Shown here: in pieces, positions 13,387 to 25,089 of the stretch
Position numbering within the stretch: position 1 is the first letter of the stretch
Layout of the letters: the number at the start of each line of letters is the position of its first letter
NCBI GenBank assembly: GCA_964016885.1
Contig: OZ024741.1
Span: 191,890,001-191,954,000 of the forward strand
Origin: Eledone cirrhosa
Lineage: Eukaryota
Direction of reading: 5' to 3'
Length of the DNA stretch: 64,000 bases
The notes under the pieces: generated by a model
What the model saw: only the letters and a program-made list of their open reading frames with translations
The model's database searches: none
Told to the model about the DNA's origin: nothing
Program-made: the position numbers and the translations under genes

Positions 13387-14915
13387 TAGCTGAGGTACCC
13401 AGCTTCACTAGGGTTAACAAATGATAAGAGAAGACCGGCAGAAGAGAAAACCTCTATATTGAATGCAGTTGCGTGCGTGCATGTGGTGTGTATATGTGTG
13501 TGTGTGTATGTGTGTGTGTGTGCATGTGTGAATGTTCGTATGTGTGTGCGTAAACCACCGTTGGAATCAGAGACATAGACCGCGAAACACGATCATCACT
13601 GACACCGACCTCGAGAGAATCCCTTATGGTTGATTCCCAACCTGCTAGAAATAGCAGTCAGGTTGGTTAGCATACGTGGTATGTCTTTCTTCTTTGGGGT
13701 TATAAAATTAGTATCAATAAACTTTCCTGGATATACTCTTATCCCAATCCTGTACATACTTTCCGATTGTGACTTCGTTTTTTTTCGTGTGATACGCAAA
13801 GGAATCAACCAACAAACATCTCTCTTTTATATCTCTTTTATTTGTTCATTCAAAATATTTTTCAGCTAATTCTGTCGTACAATATACATCAGCAATCGTT
13901 ATCTAATGTTTAAAACATATGAATAGCTGCGATATATGCACCATATCAATCAAAAACGATATGAGAATTGAATACCATACTGAAGCGCCAGTAAGCTTGC
14001 TAAGAACCTGCAGATAGAAATGTTAATAAATACAACATTTGGCTTGGGTAAACTTTAAGATGGTCTTTCATTGTAGGTTTCTTTTCTCAGCCAGTACATT
14101 AAAGAAAATTGATAGTTACAACAATAAAGGTTGAACAGAGAACAAATTTTTTAACAAACTTTACAATAATTTGTACAACCATAATGGAAATTCCAAGTAA
14201 CAGAAAATACATAAATTACATTGTTAGAGCCTCAGAGTATACAATATTTTTTGTTTGGCTCTTGGGAGCAAAGATGAAGAGATTTGTTTGGCGAGCTCAC
14301 CCTAGAGCATCCTACATACAATTGACCATAGTTTTCCCAGATGAAGGCCAGCCACATTTAGGGTTTGACCCCGAGCTTTGTTGATGGTAATCGCGAAGCT
14401 TAGTCTCTCTGTTGCTCTAGTAACATTTTTTTCTTTTGGAAAATCTGATCTTGCGGCCAGGCTAGGACTTTTTGGGTGGCATATCGGCAGTAACAATGAC
14501 GATAAGCCGTCTGTGCTTTCGTGAAATAAATACGTCTGTTTATATTTTGTTTTTGTGTATGCAAAAATATCTGTACGCGAATATATAATTATATATATAT
14601 ATATATTAAAATAAAGTTTAAGCAAAGAATCGCTGCTTTCACCCATAACGGGATCTTCTGAAACTAAAAAATCAATCTGTGAACGCAGAAGTAAATATTT
14701 CGATACTTTGGTTTGTGAAGACGTTAGGAATGTCGTACATTTGAAAATTTTAAAGAAGTGAATATTTAAATGTCTTTAATCTTTTAACAAAATTCAGTAG
14801 ATAAAAATACCTTCACTTTCTTGGAAAAGGTTACATCTATGGTGCAAATTTGGTGCCGTTTGTTCCAGCCACTTGGCGGAAAGTTTGTTACTTACATACG
14901 GCCATCAGCTTTATA

Positions 14916-14918
<3 letters not shown>
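13385..14918. mobile_element. Helentron/DINE-like element carrying a PIF1 helicase C-terminal fragment
   Basis: Start TACTAGCTGAGGTACCCAGCTTCACTAGGG; minus-strand peptide RLSFAITINKARGQTLNVAGLHL (PIF1 motif V-like) at about 14300-14410; both ends in (TA)n. Confidence 0.55.
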
Positions 14919-14945
<27 letters not shown>

Positions 14946-14950
<5 letters not shown>

Positions 14951-15560
14951 AAATATAAAACAATCAAATTTTTGCTTAATAATTGCTGACGATCGTTTCT
15001 TCCAGACAACTGTCTGGAATCATCAGAGTATACACAATATTAAAAAAGTAATTACATTCCTCGTCCCTAGAACATTCATTAAGATACATTATTATTGACA
15101 GCTATGATATCTTTTTTCTGTAATATGTATTTGCTTGATATCTTTTTGCACCTGTGTTACCTTTATAAATAACTTTCTATATAATATGCTCACTATTATC
15201 ACTTTATGTAATAACCTCTTCACAACAGCTCCTAATACTTTGCTATCTGTTTAATATATTTTGTCACTTTTGCTTTTCAATATGATGTCACTGACACTGT
15301 CAATAATAATGTATCCTAATGAATGTTCTAGGGACTAGGAATGTAATTACTTGTTTAAACATTGTGTATGCCCCGATGATTCCAGACAGTTGTCTGGAAG
15401 AAACGATCGTCAGCAAATAAATGTATTAAGCAAAAATTTATGTTTTATATTTTGTATCTTTGCTCTATAATACATCTGATAATTTACATTGAGCTATTTC
15501 TCTTACTGGTAATTGGGTAGTGCTTAATACTACCCTTTCATATTTATAATTATATATAAC
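14946..15560. mobile_element. Fold-back element with a hammerhead motif in each arm (PLE pseudo-LTR-like)
   Basis: Inverted arms 14946-15101 and 15297-15457 plus a right-hand tail, inserted in TA-rich repeat. Confidence 0.75.
14984..15030 (-). ncRNA. Minimal type I hammerhead ribozyme
   Basis: TACT-CTGATGA-TTCCAGAC AGTT GTCTGGAA-GAAAC GATC GTC-AGCA; one stem I mismatch. The inverted copy at 15369-15415 has core CCGATGA. Confidence 0.75.
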
Positions 15561-15589
15561 TCATATATAAGTATAAATAATATTATTAG

Positions 15590-15920
15590 TAGGCACATGA
15601 CTTAGTGGTTAGAGCATTGGCCTTGCAATCGAAAGGTTGTGAGTTCAATTCTCAGACCGGGTGATGTGTTGTTTCCTTGAGCAAGACACTTTATTTCACA
15701 TTGCTCCAGTTTACTCAGCTGTAGAAATGAGATGATAGGGACTAGGGTCCATATCATTCCACTGCAAAGTGGTCGTGTAGGTGCCACGGCAAAAACCACC
15801 CAGCACTCACTGTAAATGAGGTTGGTGTTAGGAAGGGCATCCAGCTGTAGAAATTAAGCCAGAATCAGTTCCCATCCCACCCTTGCAAGCAGGGAAAAGT
15901 GGACGTAAAATGATGATGAT
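15590..15920 (+). mobile_element. SINE family S2 (tRNA head, CORE-like body, RTE tail)
   Basis: AGGCACATGACTTAGTGGTTAGAGC...GAGTTCAATTC...CCTTGAGCAAGACACTTTATTTCAC...(TGA)n. Confidence 0.85.
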
Positions 15921-15930
15921 ATATATATAT

Positions 15931-16170
15931 ATATTGTTATACTTTGGGAGGGTCATGTTGCCAATAAGAAACACACGCACCAGTTGCTTTCACTTCTATT
16001 ATAATAGATTTATAAATTCCTAAATTTATAAATTTATTATAATAAATTGAAGTGAAAGCAACTGGTGCGTATGTTTCTTATTGGCAACATGACCCTCCCA
16101 AAGTATAACAATATCGGTTTCAACACACGATTTCAGATAAAGAATCTTGCTAAACAAATTCAGAAACGAA
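15931..16170. mobile_element. Miniature fold-back derivative of the Neptune-like PLE
   Basis: Both termini and the ~55-nt tail are near-identical to those of 24884-28992; flanked by (TA)n. Confidence 0.9.
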
Positions 16171-17186
16171 ATATATATATATATATAACCTACAGGAGGC
16201 TCAAAATATTATACATACTCAGAATTTGGAGATTCACACTGACAATAGTAATATGAAAGCTCTTTTCATAAACCTAATTAAAGAGAACCCTAAAATATTT
16301 CTAATTGCCATAAAAATAAAAGCAGATAGAGAAATAAAAGAGACTGACACTATATTAAAAACAAAGACTCATTCTGAGATGAATTGTTTATAATAACCAG
16401 TACACAGATATTAGACTTAGATTGACAAACAAGCAATAGCTGTGCATTAGAAACTATCCCTAATATGAAATTGGACCTATGTGAAATTGAAATCTACTAA
16501 AATATACAATTTTTACTATCTTGTTTTCTGAATGTAGAAAAAAATGATTTTAAGTATCTATTTGTCATACATTGTTACCAACTGCAGTGAAAGCGCTCAT
16601 TTTCAAATTAAAAAGGATTAAAAATAGAAGTAAGGAACATCTTAAGTCAAATCAGATTGAACAATCATTGCAACTGAACACAAAATGAGTGTGTGAAATA
16701 GACATTTCCAGTATCAACAAATTTGCTCATGCTAAATCTAAGAAAAATGCAAATTGTAAAGGGCAGCTTTATAAGATATGCTATAGGCCCACACTAGCTT
16801 AATATGGCCCTGTTTATGAGCCCATCTGACATACCAATAAAAACTAGAGATGCAAGAACTAATTGTTGTATTCAAAAGTTGTTTGTTGAGCCATCCTCCT
16901 TCAACTTCAGAATTAATGGACTTTAAAAAGAATATAAACCAATGTCTATTCCCATTTCACACTTATTTTGCAAAGTCTAAAAAGATCAGAAGCTAAACAT
17001 AAAATATTCTATACAAGCTTAGTGAACAATATTGAAAGCTATCACATACAGCAGTAATGTGATGAAAGATTCTATTCCATAAAAATAAGCATTTTGATTT
17101 GTTTCAATCGTACTACTTATACAAGAGTAGACAGCTTAATATATTTCTATAAATATTTTCAGTTGTTACTTTACAAATCATGTTAA

Positions 17187-18590
17187 CCCTTTAGCATTCA
17201 CATTAATTTTCAAATGTCATGCTTATCTATTCACATTATTTTGAGTTAATCAAGGGCGGTGGATTGGCAGTATCGGTAGAGGGTCGGACGCCATGCTTTC
17301 CAGCATAGTTACGTCCCTTTACGCTCTGAGTTCAAATCCCGCCGAGGTTGACTTTGCCTTTCATCCTTACGGGGTCGATAAAATAAAGTACCAGTAATGC
17401 ACTGGATAATTGCTGGCCTTGTGCCTAAAGTAGAAACAATTATTTAGGGCGGTGGATTGGCAGTATCGGTAGAGGGTTGGACGCCATGCTTTGACGTATA
17501 GAATTACGGCCCTTGCCATTCTGAGTTCAAATCCCGCCGAGGTTAACTTTGCCTTTCATCCTTATGGGGTTGATAAAATAAAGTACCAGTAATGCTCTGG
17601 GTAATTGCTGGCCTTGTGCCAAAAGTAGAAACAATTATTTGGAGTTAATCATACTCAAGAGGGTTATCAATTTTATTTGTTTGTAATTTTATTAATTTTC
17701 TATGTGCAGGCTTGAAATTTTGTCAGTAGATGTTAAAATATCAATAATTTACAATTATATATTTTTACCTGATTTTTTTTGTTAAATTTGACTGTTATGG
17801 GCAGCTGAAATTAATTAACAGGTGTAAAAGTTAATGACTTTATGGATAAACACAAAAATTTAAATACCTTGTTTTTGCCATAATACTTGATATATAAGGG
17901 TCACTAAACCTTATATGAGTGTTCCAGTAATTCCGCAGTCTTGGAAATTGTTTTATACCAAACATAATATTTATGGTAAAAAACGCTTGCATTTCCGCAG
18001 CATCTGTCAGTCGCCATAACAGATTGGGTTTTCTTCAAATTGAAATCGATTAGTCTCTTCTGCCACAACTTTGAAGAAAATTTGTGGCAAAAACAAAAGA
18101 AATAATCAAGTGCTTTAGGTAATGTGTGTTGTGGACCAGTATTTTGAATAAAATCAGGAACATGTATTGGTGTGGTATTTTTCGACCACATTGCTGTAAT
18201 ATTTTCAATGGCATTCTGGAGATCTCCTTTGCTTTCACTTTTAAAACAATAATCATTGTTGGATGAAATTTCAGAAATATACACATCTGATTCATTTGAA
18301 GATAAATCAATGTCATCATGTGTAAAACCTTCAAAGTCGGTATCGCTACTTGCACAAGCCATGTTGATACACACAAAAAATCTGTTGTACTTTCAACGTT
18401 AAAAAAACGTGTTGTTTCACTATATTAAGTGTTAATTTTCATGGTAAGGGCCTAATCTCGCAGTAATCTCAAATTGATGAGATTTTGATGACGGCATTGT
18501 TTATTTTTAGAACGATATTTTAGTGGCCGGTTTAAACAAATAAAGGGGAAATAATTACGGCCGGTTCTGGCCGTTTTAAACACTAAAGGG
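17187..18590 (-). mobile_element. piggyBac-type transposon remnant with an N-terminal transposase fragment
   Basis: TTAA|CCCTTTAG ... CTAAAGGG|TTAA; acidic N-terminus, then PDFIQNTGP..KALDYFF, and in another frame FGIKQFPRLRNYW at about 17870-18374. Confidence 0.8.
17253..17639 (+). mobile_element. Two tandem SINE S1 copies
   Basis: AGGGCGGTGGATTGGCAGTATCGG...GTAGAAACAATTATT occurs twice, at about 17253-17443 and 17446-17639. Confidence 0.9.
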
Positions 18591-19555
18591 TTAATATATG
18601 ATTTATAATGAAACTGATTGACCTTTATTTGAATTTATTTCTTAAAGGTTAGAAATAATGATTCTTACCACATTTTATGAATACTTTATAGAAATAAGAA
18701 TGTAACCATCTAAATGTATCTCTTAACTTGACAAAATCTAGAATGTTTCCAATGAGGGAACCTCAACACAGTTGCTCAGCTTGCTAGAAATAACAGTAAA
18801 ATATCCCTCAAATAGGATCCTACTCCTCATCATTATCACTATTTAGCATTTATTTTCTGTTTGCATGGGTTAGACAAACTGTCATGTACTGAGGATAGAT
18901 GGTCAAGTGACATGGTTTAATTTCTACAGCTGAATGCTCTTCCTAACGCCAACCACTTTACAGCATGTACTAGGAACATTTTATCGTGCCTTTAGTACTA
19001 CTACCTTATATCGTGGACTGTCATAAAAATAAAAAAACATACATAGGAGAATGTAGTTCTGGATACACTGGAATGGTCCTAGTTTGAAAGTCTGTGATCA
19101 TTGACCTAAGCCCAAGCTGACATGGGGTGAAACAACTGAGTTTCTAACAACGTACCAACAGCTCTCCAAGATAATGTGTAACAGTAGAATACAAGAACAG
19201 CACACACTATAAAGTGTTTGGTGACAGGAACAACATCAAACTGTAGAAAACCTGCGAAACAAGGCTTTGGAAGGACTCTTTAGCTTTGTCAAGAACATGA
19301 CAACCTCAATAGTGCTAATGTCATGATAAAATGCACTTAGTAGTATGTGGGATCATATGTAAGCAAATCTTGTGGGTTACCAGCTCATTTGAGCGCTCTG
19401 TAATATGCAGGAACATAAGTGATGTGGAGGCTCCAGGCCCATGGTGGGAGGTCAGTATCTACACCATGAGTACCAACCCTTGTTAGCAGGGAATGCAGAT
19501 ATTAAATGACAATGATGATTTAGACTAAATGAAAGTGTATGTTGAGTTTTAATAA

Positions 19556-21742
19556 CACTGGTCAACAATTTTTTAAAGGTTATCATCATCATCGTTTAAC
19601 GTCTATCTTCCACGCATGGGTTTAGACGGGAATTGTCCCACTTGAGGCAAGATTGGTCGGCTCGCTCGTATGGGGCTGTCTGACAGGTTTTCTATGGCTG
19701 GATCCCCTTCCTAACACCAACCACGTTTACAGTGTGGACTGGGAGGTTTTTACCATGTTACCTACACGGCCACATTACAGCGTGAACTGTGTGTTTTTTT
19801 GTTGTGACACCTACACGACCTCATTGATTTAGGACTGGATGTTGTGTGCTTCTTAAATGAAATTATTTAATTTTTATATATTTTCATGTCCTGAATTTAA
19901 ATTTCACCTTGATAAATACTTATTAGCTACAGGCTTAAAGATGCACGGCATTTAATATTTTATTATAACATACAATATGTGTGATTATGTTTTAAGCTCT
20001 AGTCCGTATCTACTCTCTGCCTTTTTGCTTGACGTTTATAGTGGGCTGAAGAATCATCTCTTGCCAATGTCCAACAATAGTCTGCAAGCATTATTGTGTT
20101 CCATTTTCCCTAGTACCACTTTTCCATAGTTGAAATATCTTGGTGAAACCTTTCACCACATTCATCACTAACTGCCCCACAGTTCACTGGAAAAAAGTCT
20201 AAATGTGAGTCCAAAAAGTGAATTTTAACTGACATGTTACATCCCATGTTCTTCTAAGTCTTCCTTGATGAGGTCTCTGCCACTAACTTGAATGTCTCCC
20301 AAGCAGCTTTCTCATCCCCATGAAGCTCTTGAATCTGAGAACCAATGAAGACTCCTTCTTTTATCTTAGCATCGCTCAGCAAGAGGAATTTTGATACTAA
20401 ATACTGGAATTGTCCATAGCTTTTACAAAGTTTTTCATGAGCCCCAGTTTTATGTGTAGTGGTGTAGCAAAATTTTGTTTGGTTCACTGAGAGGTGGCTG
20501 TTGAACATTTTTCATCCCAGACTCCAATGATTAATATAGTGGGAACATCATGCACAGCTGTCCCATTCGCACAGAAAGTAACAGTACTTGGTGCAAGCCT
20601 ATCACAAGGGCAACAACCTTTAAGTCACCACAGAGCTGCCATTGATGTTCATCATATTTTATGCATTGCAACATATGCTTTATATTCTCATAAGTTTCTT
20701 TCATATGTGATGCTTAGCCGACAGGAACTGGTGGTTCACTATGCAGCAAACATTTCAGACTTGTTTTTCATGACTCTATGAACAGCCTCCAGTGACTGGG
20801 TTCACATTCAATATTAAGTGCTTCCATCATACCATTAATATTGTTGCAGGCCAATAAATCACTTTCCGTTATAAAGAAATTGCTGAACTGCAATAGACAG
20901 TTATGAAATTTTGAAATCAGCTGCCAGGAGATTCCACTGTTGAAGACAAGAGCTTAGTAGCTCTGCCTTATTCTTAGGTAGTTGTAGATCCATCACAAGG
21001 TCATAGAGTTTCCTTAGTGTTATGAGATGTGATCTAGAGGAGAGTGCTTCATCAAAATTTGGGTCACTCTGTAATCCAGCACTATCATCCTTCTCTGCTT
21101 CCTCCTCATTATTACTTCACCTGACTCGATCGATACCAAAGTTGGTGCATCAGGAACAGGCAGATCTTCTCCATATGGAACTGGTCAAATAGCTGATAGA
21201 ATGTTTGGATTTTCAATGGACTCCTTTTTCTTCTTTGACAAGCCCTTTTTTACTGAAGGTGCCAGGCAGAAATAACAATTGTTGGTATGGTCTGTTGGCA
21301 TATGTGAGGAGCCCACTTCTTATCCTGGTCACCAATCTTGCATCCAAAATATAGGTGATATGCCTTTCTAACCATAGTAGTTAGCGCTTCTGTGATACAA
21401 AGGTCACCTCACTACAAACGCACGTGTATGTTGAAAAGTAGAGCTAACAAACATTTTTAACAACATTATTATCAGTGACCTAGGGCGGTGGATTGGCAGT
21501 ATCGGTAGAGGGTCGGACGCCATGCTTTCCAACATAGTTACATCCCTTTGCGGTCTGAGTTCAAATCCCGCCGAGCTTAACTTTGCCTTTCATCCTTACG
21601 GGGTCGATAAAATAAAGTACCAGTAATGTACTGGGTAATTGATGGCCTTGTGCCAAAAAGTAGAAACAATTATTATCAGTGACCTAAAATGTGTTGGAAA
21701 TTGCTATTTTGGTCTTGGAAGCACTTTGGTTGTTGACCAGTG
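19556..21742 (-). mobile_element. Chapaev3-type (CMC) DNA transposon, degraded
   Basis: Inverted repeats CACTGGTCAACAA / TTGTTGACCAGTG with TAA 3-bp TSD; peptides KAYHLYFGCKIGDQDKKWAPHIC, CGDLKVVA, KIHFLDSHLDFFP..GAVSDECGERFHQDI, MLADYCW. Confidence 0.85.
21482..21673 (+). mobile_element. SINE S1 inserted in the Chapaev3 element
   Basis: S1 sequence flanked by ATTATTATCAGTGACCTA duplication. Confidence 0.85.
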
Positions 21743-21847
21743 TAACTGACAACACTAAACAGTTGTAATAACAGTTGTCTGTGGCAAGAGCACAAAGACA
21801 TTTAACAAAAATGTCATAACGTTAAATAAATATATTAAACAACTTAC

Positions 21848-21979
21848 CACAAATCTTTAAAGGTGCTTCTAATTCTAATAAAATAGGCTGACTGAGAAAT
21901 ATTTCTCTGGACTTCAAACAGAGAACCCGAACTTCTGCTTCTGTCATCTGAACTATCTTCCCAGGTCGGCATCCTCGAA
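21848..21979 (-). CDS. PPP1CB: PP1 catalytic subunit, beta-like; internal coding exon of 132 nt
   Basis: Acceptor caacag|TT CGA GGA TGC, donor ATT TGT G|gtaagt. Encodes [44 protein letters not shown]; RGCRPGK and VQMTEAEVR indicate the beta type; phase joins the 3195 exon. Confidence 0.97.
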
Positions 21980-22159
21980 CTGTTGATTAAAAATAGTAAT
22001 ATAACTTCTATTAATCAATACAGAAATTAAATATAAAATTAGTTGTTTTTTTTTAAATACAAATTTAATCACAAACTAAAATAATTGTAATTTTAAGTGA
22101 TACGCTTACCTTTAAAAAGGAAACAGTCAGTTAAAATATAAAATAACTTTAATATAGAA

Positions 22160-22560
22160 AAAGCATATTACGGCATCTGTTAAAGTCATCTGATTCCAAA
22201 GCAAACACTCAGTTTATCCAGTTTGACATCGAGAATTACTATGCCTCAATAACTAAAGCACTCTTGGAGGCCACAATAGATTACAGCTGAAATATCAGAC
22301 CCATTAGTGATCAGAAAATCGACATAATTCTCTATGCTAGGAAAAATGTCTTGTTTTTCGAAAACTCCACCTGAATAAAAAGGGCGCAGTAGTATGGACT
22401 GGGTTCAAAAACATCTCATCATCAAGGTCATCTGAGAATTAAAATTTAAGGTCACCTTACAGACGTCCCTCACCTTCTTGGACGTAACTCTAAACTTCGA
22501 GAACCAACTGCACTACCCCTTCCAGAAACTCAATGAAAACCTACTTTACATACACCGATT
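22160..22560 (+). mobile_element. Penelope-like RT fragment
   Basis: QFIQFDIENYYASIT...IILYARK and TFLDVTLN peptides, similar to ORF 36341..37540. Confidence 0.6.
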
Positions 22561-23049
22561 CAAGGAATATAATCTCCCTCTTCTTGGCAGAGCTGTTCTG
22601 CTAGAGAATGGGTTGCAGGTGGCAGATAGCGATACGGCCACCAAAAATGATGGCTAGTTGCGACATAAGCAGGCATCTGCCGGACAAATAAGCAACTCTG
22701 GACCAACAGCAGTAAACTACTAGAAGAGATGGAGCAATGGGTGACACCTGCTGCTCCCAAGAAAACTCTCACAAACCAGTGACATGGCTACAACGAGGCG
22801 AGTAAAGGCTGGGTTTGACAAAGTACCAGACTGGTGACTGGCACGAATAAGACCACTCAAACTGCAATATGATGAGGAAAACATACCACACTGTCCTTCA
22901 CACTGATTAAAGGACGCCTCCAGGCCTGTTCGAAAAATATATTGCAGTCTCCATTACATGCCGCAAAAAATGATGATGGGCTTGCAAACTGTCCAGGGAG
23001 GTGTGGGATGGATGCACAAAGGTTGTGTATCCTGAGACCCCAAAGAGGG

Positions 23050-23455
23050 TCCGGAAGAGAACAAACCGTAATAGTTGGAACTTGAAACAACACAACCCTT
23101 ACAGGTAAGAAGGACCTAGTGGAGGAGGCTAAATGCTACCGGCTAGATATAGTCAGGGTTTCCTCAACAAAGTTCCGTGGCTCTGACATTGTAGATTTGG
23201 ATAGAGGATGGACACTCCACTATTCAGGTGTGGTGCTAGAAATGACTGCACAGGTAGGAGTGCGGATACACTGAAGCTCCTGGCTGTCAGAATGTGTTAT
23301 GAACTGGATCCCATCAGGAGGAGGATTTGCCTCTTGATACTTAGGCTGAAAGATAGGGTGGTGCAAGTTAATGCACCAAACAAGGAGACCGAATATAGGT
23401 CCTTCCTTGAGGAGTCATATATGCTGATGGGAGACTTCAATACACATGCTGGCAC
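23050..23455 (+). mobile_element. RTE/Expander-type AP endonuclease fragment
   Basis: TLTGKKDLVEEAKCYRLDIV...[15 protein letters not shown] and LMGDFNTH motifs. Confidence 0.7.
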
Positions 23456-23459
23456 TGAT

Positions 23460-24111
23460 ATATATGCATATACATATATATATATATATACATATATATA
23501 CATATATATAGACAGTCCTATGCGAGCAAGACAACCACTCTTGCCTCAAGTGGGAAAACCCCCGTCCAAACCCATGCAAGCGTGGAACACGGACGCTAAA
23601 CCTGATGATGATGATGATGATGATGATATATATACATATACATTCATTTATACATATATACATATATATATACATATACACATATACATTCATTTATACA
23701 TATATACATATATATATACATATACACATATACATTCATTTATACATATATACATATATATATACATATACACATATATGTATATATATATACACATATA
23801 TGTATATATATATATACATACATATATATACATATATATACATATATATATACATATATATACATATATATACATATATATATACATATATATATACGTA
23901 TATATACACATATATATATACATATATATATACATATATATACACATATATATACATATATATATACATATATATATACACATATATATACATATATATA
24001 TACACATATATATACATATATATATATACATATATATACACATATATATACACATATATATACATATATATTACATATATATATACATATATATATACAC
24101 ATATATATATA
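23460..24111. repeat. (TA)n/(TATACA)n microsatellite containing a ~115-bp RTE 3' tail at 23511-23626
   Basis: Direct reading; the tail is the reverse complement of about 29257-29357. Confidence 0.9.
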
Positions 24112-24712
24112 TGCGGTGGCTACCAACTCGTTTTCGAGTACGGCCACTACTTTATATCCATGTAGGAGAACTCCTACCAATGCGCTGAACGAGTGTGACT
24201 TTTTAGTCCAGCCAGCGACTTGAAAACTCTGGTACTACACTTGTGACAATTATTGACACATAGTGCGGGCCCATGGTACCATGTGACGACAAGTGCAGAG
24301 AGATCTCCAGATATAAAGCAATGCCTGTGCCGTGAAGCTTTTATAGTGAGCAAAGGCACTGCACAAAGCCAGTCCCACTCTCTTAACCAAGATGATATTT
24401 ACCAAAAAGAAGAACATGTCAACATCATTGGATACCATCAGAGTTGCAGGTGCTATATCAGAGTTTTCCTTCTCCCAGAATTCTGCCTTGACAAAGGCTA
24501 AGGGGTCATCTCTCTCGGTGATTTTGGATGGCCATTGACTCTTAAGAGCTCCTTTGCCCTTTGACAGGTTTTGTTTTTAGTCCTGCAAGATGTCCAAAGT
24601 CACCCTCCTCACCAAGAAACCTTGGTGGGGTTGCCAGTTTAGTCGCCAACGACCCGACCATGAGACAGGTTGTACTGGGATACATGTTACCAGTAGCACC
24701 AACTGGTGACCT
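24112..24712 (-). mobile_element. Bipartite non-autonomous RTE derivative, longest copy (~600 bp)
   Basis: RTE 5'UTR-like motif GGAGAAGGAAAACTCTG joined to a C-terminal C2H2 remnant ([22 protein letters not shown]) and a 3' hairpin CTCGAAAACGAG; microsatellite on both sides. Confidence 0.7.
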
Positions 24713-24792
24713 GTACATTATATATACATATATACATACATATACATTATATATACATATATACATACATATACATATATACATACATATAC

Positions 24793-24838
<46 letters not shown>

Positions 24839-24845
24839 CATATAC

Positions 24846-24885
<40 letters not shown>

Positions 24886-25046
24886 TATTGTTATACTTTG
24901 GGAGGGTCATGTTGCCAGTAAGAAACACATGCACCAGTTGCTTTCACTTCAATTTATTATAATAAATTTATAAATTTAGGAATTTATAAATTTATAAATT
25001 TCTGGATGGTTGGTTGGTTCCACAACCAGATAGTTGTTTATATATT

Positions 25047-25089
25047 GTCAAAGTTCTTTCGTCACACATTCTGTGACCTCATCAGTGAC
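25047..25089 (-). ncRNA. Minimal type I hammerhead ribozyme in the PLE 3' pseudo-LTR
   Basis: GTCA-CTGATGA-GGTCACA GAATG TGTGAC-GAAA GAAC TT-TGAC; 4-bp stem I, 6-bp stem II. Confidence 0.8.

Noticed and set aside
15590-15665. tRNA-like heads of S1 and S2 repeats as tRNA genes
   Set aside because: Imperfect cloverleaves attached to multi-copy SINE bodies.
22110-22175. Possible PP1 first coding exon ending at the GTAAG donor
   Set aside because: No in-frame ATG before a TAA and no similarity to the PP1 N-terminus; kept only as a recursive-site candidate.
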